Of a DNA stretch of 29,345 bases, positions 20,626 through 29,345 are shown one piece after another (position 1 is the stretch's first letter; each line of letters starts with the position of its first letter). A program made the translations under genes and the position numbers. The notes below the pieces were generated by a model, which had not been told where the DNA came from, did not search any database, and saw only the letters and a list, made by a program, of their open reading frames with translations. Origin of the DNA: Macrostomum lignano (taxonomy: Eukaryota); contig NIVC01004989.1 in NCBI GenBank assembly GCA_002269645.1, positions 1 through 29,345 on the forward strand, in the 5' to 3' direction.

Positions 20626-21584
20626 ATAAGGCGTAGGAACGCTTCAAAAAGTGTGGGGGGGGGCAGGTTCAGTGACGGATTTGGGGGGGGGGCGCACAGG
20701 GGGCACGCCCCCGTCGAGTTAGATTTGAAAAATGCACATTATCATGTACCGATTATTTTCAGAATCCATCTTGTCAGCACTCATTTTATAAAGCGCCGCA
20801 GGCACTCATTTTAGCACCGCAGGCACTCATTTTATAAAGCGCCGCAGGCACTCATTTTAGCACCGCAGGCCCTCATTTTATAAAGCGCCGCAGGCACTCA
20901 TTTTAGCGCCGCAGGCACTCATTTTAGCGCCGCAGGCACTCATTTTAGCGCCGCAGGCACTCATTTTAGCACCACAGGCACTCATTTTAGCGCCACAGGC
21001 ACTCATTTTAGCGCCGCAGGCACTCATTTTAGCGCCGTAGGCACTCATTTTAGCACCACAGGCACTCATTTTAGCGCCACAGGCACTCATTTTAGCGCCA
21101 CAGGCACTCATTTTAGCACCGCAGGCACTCATTTTAGCACCGCAGGCACTCATTTTAGCACCGCAGGCACTCATTTTAGCGCCGCAGGCACTCATTTTAG
21201 CACCGCAGGCCCTCATTTTATAAAGCGCCGCAGGCACTCATTTTAGCGCCGCAGGCACTCATTTTAGCGCCACAGGCCCTCATTTTAGCGCCGCAGGCAC
21301 TCATTTTAGCACCGCAGGCACTCATTTTATAAAGCGCCGCAGGCACTCATTTTATAAAGCGCCACAGGCACTCATTTTAGCGCCGCAGGCACTCATTTTG
21401 GAGCTGCAGGCGCTATGTTTTGTCACCCTGCAGCAAAATGCATTCATGCAAAGCAGCAAAAACCAAAAATAAGCAAGAAATCTAAATTTTACATTTAAAA
21501 TGTGGAGGCGCCAAGATACCATTACTGCCCCCCCCCCACAATTTTAAAAAGGCCTCACTGGCCCCCCTCATTTCTACGCCTATG
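20626..21584. mobile_element. Non-autonomous DNA transposon (MITE-like), 959 bp, with 9-bp TSD and internal minisatellite
   Basis: Direct repeat ATCTGTTGT at 20617..20625 and 21585..21593. Termini are ATAAGGCGTAG and CTACGCCTATG (reverse complement CATAGGCGTAG). Subterminal inverted AAAA.TGTG(G)nCAG and CTG(C)nACA.TTTT. No coding capacity. Confidence 0.78.
20777..21412. repeat. 21-bp minisatellite (TTTTAGCGCCGCAGGCACTCA; 25-bp TTTTATAAAG variant), about 29 copies
   Basis: Direct repeats visible; source of the SACGAKM ORF. Confidence 0.95.
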
Positions 21585-23121
21585 ATCTGTTGTAGTCTTC
21601 CGCTCATCCAGAGCTGGCAATTGTGTGGCTATGGACTATCAGCAGCCAAATCTGACTGTGAATACAAAGTATTTACTCACAATCTCTCTTAGTCACATCC
21701 AAAAATCTAAATATGTATTTGTTGTTTTTGTTTACTTTTTCGCTTCAACCTAACGCTGCACCTAAGAGTGCGAAGCGCGTCGTGAACTTCACCTGGAATC
21801 ATTTATTCACATTTGCTCTAGTGGTCCTAATGATGTGCCAGCAGCCTAGACTCGAAGGCACAGTGAAGTGCACATGCCTAACGATAAACAAAGTTAGGGC
21901 CGCTGTACACTCCTGTGTGAGTGTGTGCCTGTGCGTATGACTGCGTACGTATCCGCGCGCTCGTGTGCCTGCTCAGGGGAGTCGGCGGAATGGGCAGCAA
22001 TGCCTCTCACCGGTTGTGTGACAATGTCGCCTAAAGTGCGCTTGGGCGCACGAGCCATCCAGCCTCTAATAAAAAAATCATTCCTACAGTCAGGACTTAA
22101 ACAGCTACAGATCTTTGAATTAAAAAAATTGAACACAGATCTGGAATATCCATTTCAAGCTGTAATTTGCGCTTAAAAGCCAAATAAAAAAGGATTGCAA
22201 GGGTAACAATGCAGCACAATCGTAACCGCAATTATATATATGTGTATGTTTATATCAATTACTAGCAATAAATGGAAGGAAAACCTTTGTCTATCTTCAC
22301 ATGCGCTCAAGACAGACACATATAGTACCGTATCAATATTCAGCTTGATTGAGATTCTCAAATAAAAAAGCAATAAAAAGTGAAACAAAAAAGAGGACTA
22401 AACCAAGAAGACTATAGCGGGCAAAAACACAGTGTCGACCTTCACGCGATTGCTATTGCAAAGAAGAATTACTCGTACCAGGGCAGGTAGCAAGCCATAA
22501 TTAACGCTAACCGGCTAAAATAACAGCAATAAATTATAAATAACATTTAATCAGCCTGTCATGGACAAGCCAAAACTAGCAAATAACTAAATCCATATAC
22601 TAAAAATGAATAAATAGCTAAATGTAAATATGCATATAGATGACCATAAAACACTACTACAACAGTAGCTAATAAGCGAGTATAACAGTTATAATTTTAA
22701 ATAAACTAAAAAAACAAAAAGTTCCGCAATAGGCGCTTGAATACCACTAAAATATGTATTTATGACTTAAAACCGATCATAAAAATCATAATAGTATAAA
22801 ACTTCAACTAGTTTTTTCCGAGTATCCTTGCGAGCTTTCATTACTCATCCTAATAATATCAATCATAAATGTATTGCAGAGATTGCAAATGTAAATAGAA
22901 ATCAAATAAATAAAATTAAAGGTATTAGTAAACGTGACACATTGATTCCAGCCTTCAAAACTTTCTTAGAAACAAAGCTTTGTCCTTGATAAAAAACACA
23001 GAAAACGCAAGAAAAAAACACGGCAATCAAGCGACATGCGCGTTAAAAACACTAATTATGAGAAAAAGCTGTCACCAATCCAGGTGTCACTTAACTAGCT
23101 AGCAGTCCATGGCCCGCCAGG

Positions 23122-23322
23122 CTACCAGAGACTACCAGAGCTGGCCCCGCCTGGCGGCTGGTTGGTGCGAATGCCCGACTTGGACGGTCGCTTATCGTCG
23201 AATTGAGCGCCGGACAGGCTGAAGGAGCTCTCCTGCATGTCCCGGCCGCCGCCGCGGGTTGGCGGGCGCTGACGGAAGTCGTCATGCACGATGGGGTTCG
23301 ACGGTCGCGTTGGGGCGGAGGC
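23122..23322 (-). CDS. DPYS: Dihydropyrimidinase/CRMP family gene, last coding exon
   Basis: Acceptor CCTCCTCTCGCCTCGATCTCAG|, phase 0; encodes ASAPTRPSNPIVHDDFRQRPPTRGGGRDMQESSFSLSGAQFDDKRPSKSGIRTNQPPGGASSGSLW*, matching the CRMP/DHP C-terminal motif (RNLHQSGFSLSGAQIDD...PPGG). DPYS versus CRMP orthology cannot be resolved from this fragment. Confidence 0.85.
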   Translation of the reverse strand, partial: ASAPTRPSNPIVHDDFRQRPPTRGGGRDMQESSFSLSGAQFDDKRPSKSGIRTNQPPGGASSGSLW

Positions 23323-23513
23323 CTGAGATCGAGGCGAGAGGAGGTTGGGCGGTGGTTATTGAACCTGGCTAGGTGAGTTCAGGCTTGCAATAAACAGATC
23401 CGAAATGCAGCCCGACATTACATAATCAATTTAGACACTACAGAACAGAACCAGTCAAGCTATTACAGATTAAATCTAGTTATTATAGAATCAATTAAGA
23501 CATTCAGAGTCAG

Positions 23514-24328
23514 AGAGCCAATCCTTGGTGTTACAGAGCCAATCCCTGGTGTTACACAGAATCAATCCCTGGTGTTACACAGAATCAATCCCTGGTGTTA
23601 CACAGAGCCAATCCCTGGTGTTACAGAGCCAATCCCTGGTGTTACACATAGTCAATCCCTGGTGTTACACAGAGCCAATCCCTGGTGTTACACAGAATCA
23701 ATCCCTGATGTTACACAGAATCAATCCCTGATGTTACACAGAGCCAATCCCTGATGTTACACAGAATCAATCCCTGGTGTTACAAATAGTCAATCCCTGG
23801 TGTTACAGAGCCAATCCCTGGTGTTACAGAGCCAATCCCTGGTGTTACAGAGCCAATCCCTGGTGTTACACATAGTCAATCCCTGGTGTTACAGAGCCAA
23901 TCCCTGGTGTTACACAGAGTCAATCCCTGGTGTTACAGAGCCAATCCCTGGTGTTACAGAGCCAATCCCTGGTGTTACAGAGCCAATCCCTGGTGTTACA
24001 CAGAGTCAATCCCTGGTGTTACACAGAATCAATCCCTGGTGTTACACATAGTCAATCCCTGGTGTTACAGAGTCAATCCCTGGTGTTACAGAGCCAATCC
24101 CTGGTGTTACACAGAGTCAATCCCTGGTGTTACAGAGCCAATCCCTGATGTTACACAGAATCAATCCCTGGTGTTACAGAATCAATCCCTGGTGTTACAG
24201 AGCCAATCCCTGGTGTTACACAGAATCAATCCCTGATGTTACACAGAATCAATCCCTGGTGTTACACATAGTCAATCCCTGGTGTTACACAGAGCCAATC
24301 CCTGGTGTTACACAGAGCGAATCCCTGG
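23514..24328. repeat. 19/21-bp minisatellite (AGAGCCAATCCCTGGTGTTAC[AC]), about 40 copies, in DPYS/CRMP intron
   Basis: Direct repeats with mixed unit lengths. Confidence 0.96.
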
Positions 24329-24340
24329 CAGCAGTCTCAC

Positions 24341-24623
24341 CTGGTCGGACTTGAGCTCAACCACCGGTCCATCATAGGCAGCCCTGGTCACGGGCAGCTG
24401 GCTGGCGGCCTTGGCCCGCTCCCGCCGATCCACCCGGCCATAGGCGTGCATGCCGAACGGCGGCATCGAGACGAAACGGCCGACGCCCTGGGTGACGCGC
24501 AGCTGCCGCTCGTCAACGGCCAGACGGCCGCCGCTGATGACAAACTCGGGGGCGCCGTGGCAGGCGAAGCCGTCGAATACGCTGAAATCGCTGGCCTCGT
24601 GGTGCGCCTTGACCGAGATGGTC
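24341..24623 (-). CDS. DPYS: Dihydropyrimidinase/CRMP family gene, penultimate coding exon
   Basis: CAAG|G (phase 2) to CAG|GTGAGA (phase 0). Translation TISVKAHHEASDFSVFDGFACHGAPEFVISGGRLAVDERQLRVTQGVGRFVSMPPFGMHAYGRVDRRERAKAASQLPVTRAAYDGPVVELKSDQ aligns with DPYS [29 protein letters not shown]..V....V..G.G.F..R.PF....Y.R. Not in the ORF track because it lacks a start codon. Confidence 0.92.
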
Positions 24624-25064
24624 CTTGGGGTAAATGAGGTACATATTTTGTTAAATAATAAATACTTTGTTATAACGCCAGTCTCGTAATTTCCGGATTT
24701 TTATTTTGAAATCCAGTTATCCATTTCAAGTTAAATTCAATTTGTAAGGATTTGATTTTAAAGCAGTTCCAAAAAAGGAGCAACAAGAATGAAAATATGA
24801 TTGAGAAAATGAATTTGAAAAGCTGCTACACCAAGAGTAACGACGCTTGCACCAAATATAAAAAGATCGAATGCTTTTTCAGCAGTAGAGTCACACGTCA
24901 ACAGCAACACTCATCCTGCATTAAAAAGTGCTAATCTTGTGTCTATTAATTTAGCTAGTCTAATATTATGATAGTATAAATGCAAGCACTTACCCTTAAT
25001 GCCATATCATGCTCTGGATTTTTCATAGTAAGCAAATATATATGCAAATGTTCGAATTGTGCTT

Positions 25065-26030
25065 AGATGAGGGGTACAGGTAGATGCATGGTACAGATAG
25101 ATGCAGGGTAGATAGATGCGGGGTACAGATGGATGCAGGGTAGATAGATGAGGGTACAGATAGATGCAGGGTTGATGGATGCAGGGTACAGATGGATGCA
25201 GGGTAGATAGATGAGGGTACAGATGGATGCAGGGTAGATAGATGAGGGTACAGATAGATGCAGGGTTGATGGATGCAGGGTACAGATGGATGCAGGGTAG
25301 ATAGATGAGGGTACAGATAGATGCAGGGTTGATGGATGCAGGGTACAGATGGATGCAGGGTACAAATAGATGCAGGATACAGATAGATGCAGGGTACAGA
25401 TGGATGCAGGATACAGATAGATGCAGGGTACAGATGGATGCAGGGTACAGATAGATGCAGGGTACAGATGGATGCAGGGTACAGATGGATGCAGGGTACA
25501 GATAGATGCAGGGTACATATAGACGCAGGGTACAGATAGATGCAGGGTACAGATGGATGCAGGGTACATATATACGCAGGGTACAGATTGATGCAGGGTA
25601 CATATAGACGCAGGGTACAGATGGATGCAGGGTACAGATAGATGCAGGGTACATATAGACGCAGGGTACAGATAGATGCAGGGTACAGATGGATGCAGGG
25701 TACATATATACGCAGGGTACAGATTGATGCAGGTACATATAGACGCAGGGTACAGATTGATGCAGGGTACAGATAGATGCAGGGTACAGATGGATGCAGG
25801 GTATATATAGACGCAGGGTACAGATAGATGCAGGGTACAGATAAACGCAGGGTACAGATAGATGCAGGGTACAGATAGATGCAGGGTACATATAGACGCA
25901 GGTACAGATAGATGCAGGGTACAGATAGATGCAGGGTACAGATGGATGCAGGGTACAGATAGACGCAGGGTACAGATGGATGCAGGGTACAGATGGATGC
26001 AGGGTACAGATAGACGCAGGGTAGATAGAT
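25065..26030. repeat. 17-bp minisatellite (GATGCAGGGTACAGATA), about 56 copies, in DPYS/CRMP intron
   Basis: Direct repeats; the 17-aa periodicity in the ORF track equals 3 units. A 21-bp GGTAGATAGAT variant occupies the left part. Confidence 0.96.
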
Positions 26031-26107
26031 TGTTCAGACTCAGAGCGGACAACTGCACAAAATGAAAAGAAGCTTACGGGAGATGAGCAGCAACAGGCAG
26101 CACTCAC

Positions 26108-26139
26108 CGGGAGATGGCGGGATTCCACACAATGACGTC
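26108..26139 (-). CDS. DPYS: Dihydropyrimidinase/CRMP gene, truncated exon remnant (DVIVWNPAIS-R)
   Basis: Encodes DVIVWNPAIS plus CG|GTGAGT (phase 2, matching the next exon); cf. DADIVIWDPKATRTIS. Homology stops abruptly upstream of 26139 with no acceptor AG. Confidence 0.8.
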
Positions 26140-26340
26140 CCGGTGGGAAAAAAATGGTCGCCGCGACGGCTTCTGTTTGTTGCGTTTACGACGGCGGAAA
26201 CTCCGTTCGAGTGAACGCCGAGTTTCCGTCGCCACAACGGTCGCTGCGACGGCGGTCGGAAGACCCATTAGCGACTCTTATATGCGTACGATACTACTTG
26301 TATCGTGTAGTAGTGTAGATGGACCATGATATATCCCACG
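26139..26340. mobile_element. Probable terminus of a DNA transposon (CMC/EnSpm-like) inserted in the DPYS/CRMP exon
   Basis: Begins CCCGGTGGGAAAAAAATGGTCGCC at the exon breakpoint, followed by clustered direct and inverted CGACGGC/CCGTCG motifs (26156-26258) resembling subterminal repeats. The other end is not in the window. Confidence 0.45.
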
Positions 26341-26966
26341 AATTTTTTTTTTTTCGGAATAAAAAAGAAACGAAATATAGATGCAGTCCTTTTCAACAAA
26401 TAAACATTATGTTGCTATGGGAAATGCTTTTTAGCATTATATTTATAGAATTACCTGATTATTCAGTTCCTGCTAGAGAAGAAAAAATTCACCCATAGAC
26501 ATACTTCAAAAAAGTACAATAATATCAAACTGTTGTTTATTAAGCATACACGAAGCGTACAAGAAAGCAATCGTTCACAATATTAAGTACAATAAAGTAC
26601 AATAAGGTATAAATGGCCTATAGGGTCCATTGTACCCCACAGACAAATAAGCAGTCATCAATAGAAATATGGCGTGCATTAGCTAACTAATTTTCTGATT
26701 ATGAACATTGAGCAACTACTCCAGATCAGAGCAGTACTCGAGTTCGAGCTCTTGCTCAACTCAGAGTTTGAGGTGAAACTTGCCAGTTATTGCTCACTTT
26801 ATTCATACGGCCAAATGACTAATTCAATGGGCTTTCTATGCACATAAAGTAATAACACTGTTATGTACAGAAGCTGCAATAATAGTCGATTTATGGGGTC
26901 AAAAAACTCATTATTTTTTAAACGTTTGGGGTTTAGAGTAAAAGATCAGCTGTATCATTTAACATA

Positions 26967-27857
26967 CAAGGACACCTAATTTAGCGCCCCAAGGACATCT
27001 AGTTTGATCCCCTAAGGACACCTAATTTATCGCCCCAAGTACATCTAGTTTATCGCCCCAAGGACACCTAATTTAGCGCCCCAAGGACATCTAGTTTGAT
27101 CCCTAAGGACACCTAATTTATCGCCCCAAGTACATCTAGTTTAGCGTCCCAAGGACACCTAATTTATCGCCCCAAGGACACCTAATTTAGTGCCCAAGGA
27201 CATCTAGTTTAACGCCCCAAGGACACCTAATTTAGCGCCTCAAGGACATCTAGTTTAGCGTCCCAAGGACACCTAATTTATCGCCCCAAGGACACCTAAT
27301 TTAGCGCCCCAAGGACATCTAGTTTAGCGTCCCAAGGACACCTAATTTATCGCCCCAAGGACACCTAGTTTAGCGTCCAAGGACACCTAATTTATCGCCC
27401 CAAGGACACCTAGTTTAGCGTCCCAAGGACACCTAATTTATCGCCCCAAGAACACCTAGTTTAGCGTCCCAAGAACATCTAGTTTGACCCCCTAAGGACA
27501 CCTAATTTATCGCCCCAAGGACACCTAATTTAGCGCCCCAAGGACATCTAGTTTAGCGTCCCAAGGACACCTAATTTATCACCCAAGGACACCTAATTTA
27601 TCGCCCCAAAACATCTAGTTTGACCCCCTAAGGACACCTAATTTATCGCCCCAAGGACACCTAATTTAGCGCCTCAAGGACATCTAGTTTAGCGTCCCAA
27701 GGACACCTAATTTATCGCCCAAGGACACCTAGTTTAGCGTCCCAAGGACACCTAATTTATCGCCCCAAGGACACCTAGTTTAGCGTCCCAAGGACACCTA
27801 ATTTATCGCCCCAAGAACACCTAGTTTAGCGTCCCAAGTACATCTAGTTTGACCCCC
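26967..27857. repeat. ~23-bp minisatellite (CAAGGACACCTAATTTAKCGCCC and CAAGGACATCTAGTTTAGCGTCC variants), about 39 copies
   Basis: Direct repeats with two alternating variant types. Confidence 0.95.
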
Positions 27858-28476
27858 ACAGAGAATCGCTCGCTGTGAGAAGCGCCAATTGACAACTGCT
27901 TTCAGAAATTTTTCTTTGAGACTCACTGTATGAGAATCTCTTTCATGCGAGAATTGTCCCTTGCGAAGAACCTTGCAAAAATCGATTCGCAGAGACCCTA
28001 ACCTGACGTTTTAATAACTCAAATCTCCAATCCATAGGCGCGTATGGTAATTATAAAGCTTCCTCTCTGGCTCAATGGCCTCCATAAAATTTAGAAAATG
28101 CTGTGGAAAAATTTCGGCATGCAGTTGGCTTTTGCGAATTTTTTTCTTGATGAATAGCTATTTGCATATGCCATTTTCTAACGCCCTATAAACACATTTT
28201 ACAATCGGCTTTCGCGTGGCTATATCTGAGAATAAACATATTTTCAAGACAGCTAATTATGGAGGTGGAACAGTAAAATGGGGCATCTTTGTGAGAAGGG
28301 CAACTGAACCACAAAAGGGAAATTCTTAGCTTACTATATGCACCTAAAAATGAGGCATAGAAATGAGATTTTGAGATTGGGGGATTTTTGCGTCACCGAT
28401 TGTCGGGGGATTTTCCGGAGAATTCCCAGGGGGGCTTTGTTTTGACGGGAGGGTGATAGTTGTGCACATATGATGG

Positions 28477-29339
28477 TTAAGGCGATGGAGACTCGTCAGA
28501 TAAGTCCTGCGAATCAGGATAGTGCCGCTTTCCGCTGCCCTGCTCGGGTGCACTTGGGCGCTTCTTCGCCTTCTTGCGCAGGTTGTCCCCCGCATGCTTA
28601 AGAGCCGAGATGACGTGTTTTTCTACATCTCGCTCAGATGGCCTCTCATGAGGCTTGTCGTCTTTGTACATCGTGGAAACGGCTCCTGGAATTGGATTGG
28701 TGGTTTTATTCTGTCAAATTTATTCTACTCTATGCTCCATAGTCCCTACTTTAAGTAGACATTATTCACTTGAATTTGTCTAAATGTTTCATTCTGAACC
28801 AGTTTCATTGAAGAAACTATACTATAAAATTAGGCAAAATGATTCTGATTCTAGATTTACAATTACACACTTTCGGATTTCTGTAAACTTACGCTTCAGA
28901 AGAGGAAGCAGTGTTGTCTGGAAGCCAAGGCTGTCATCTGTTCCCGCGCCGCCGGACCTCTCGGCCAAGCCTCGACCGCAATAGTTTAGCTGGGCCATCA
29001 TTTCAGGGGTGATACACTTTAGCAGCATCCGTCGGATGGTGCTCGCAACACTGTCACCCCGGCAGCGTGCCAGTTGCGTGCGCAGAACTTTCTGTGCCTC
29101 CTTATCTGATGCCAGCTTTAGATAGCCCGCCCACGAAGCAGCTGGTTGCCATTCAGCTTCGGGCAGCTCGATGATAGTGCCGCCAACAGTCGAGTTGCCC
29201 TGCCTGTTGAGGGCCGCCAGAATCTCCCGCTGCTGCTGTTGTATTGTTGCGTCTCGCTGCTCTTGGAGCTGCTGGCCGCGCAACACCAGCAACATCAGCT
29301 GCGAGATACCCTTCAGACTCGCCAAGTCACCGAACTTGG
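28477..29339 (-). CDS. DUF4806-like protein, last two exons (5' part beyond the window)
   Basis: Exons 28893..29339 (TAACAG| acceptor, phase 1; AAGC|GTAAGT donor) and 28477..28685 (TTCCAG|GA), intron 207 nt. Spliced product ...LRTQLARCRGDSVASTIRRMLLKCITPEMMAQLNYCGRG...LGFQTTLLPLLKRAVSTMYK...SERDVEKHVISALKHAGDNLRKK fits the recalled DUF4806 pattern (GG...V..IL..L....A...W.G...F..L....I..AV...E.E..I..WL..A.DR). Confidence 0.65.
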
Positions 29340-29345
29340 CTGTTA

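Noticed and set aside
23365-23369. Alternative acceptors (CCTAG, CCAG) for the last DPYS/CRMP exon
   Set aside because: The first is out of phase and the second gives an in-frame TAA at the third codon; the acceptor at 23323 fits.
24305-24689. Plus-strand GC-rich ORFs 24305..24637 and 24450..24689
   Set aside because: Antisense shadows of the DPYS/CRMP exon.
696-27857. Regular direct repeats of 21-33 bp resembling CRISPR arrays
   Set aside because: Units are head-to-tail with no unique spacers, there are no cas genes, and the context is eukaryotic with introns.
28033-28190. Possible second CATAGGCG-type element (CATAGGCGCG ... ACGCCCTATA)
   Set aside because: Termini too degenerate and no TSD found.

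Overview
Repeat-rich eukaryotic (animal, probably invertebrate) genomic DNA with spliceosomal GT-AG introns; roughly a third of the window is tandem repeat. No rRNA, tRNA or CRISPR array is supported, and most long ORFs in the track are by-products of stop-free minisatellite units. Real genes, all on the minus strand: (1) two tandem 3-exon paralogues (9588-13380 and 16177-18830) encoding N-terminal ankyrin repeats, a linker, an expanded Gly-rich tract and a C-terminal domain. By manual motif alignment this domain is caspase-fold (peptidase C14) with both catalytic residues replaced (His>Ile; Cys>Tyr or Ser), i.e. a c-FLIP-like pseudo-caspase with an ankyrin prodomain. The paralogues are strongly diverged except for exon 2, which appears 100% identical. 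(2) The 3' exons of a dihydropyrimidinase/CRMP gene (23122-26139), whose most 5' visible exon is cut mid-exon by foreign DNA. (3) A spliced DUF4806-like gene (28477-29339, running off the window), possibly part of that insertion. Also present: a TIR/TSD-bounded non-autonomous transposon carrying a minisatellite, a 130-bp inverted repeat upstream of the first ankyrin gene, and a 5'-truncated LINE tail. All family assignments come from recalled motifs, not database searches.
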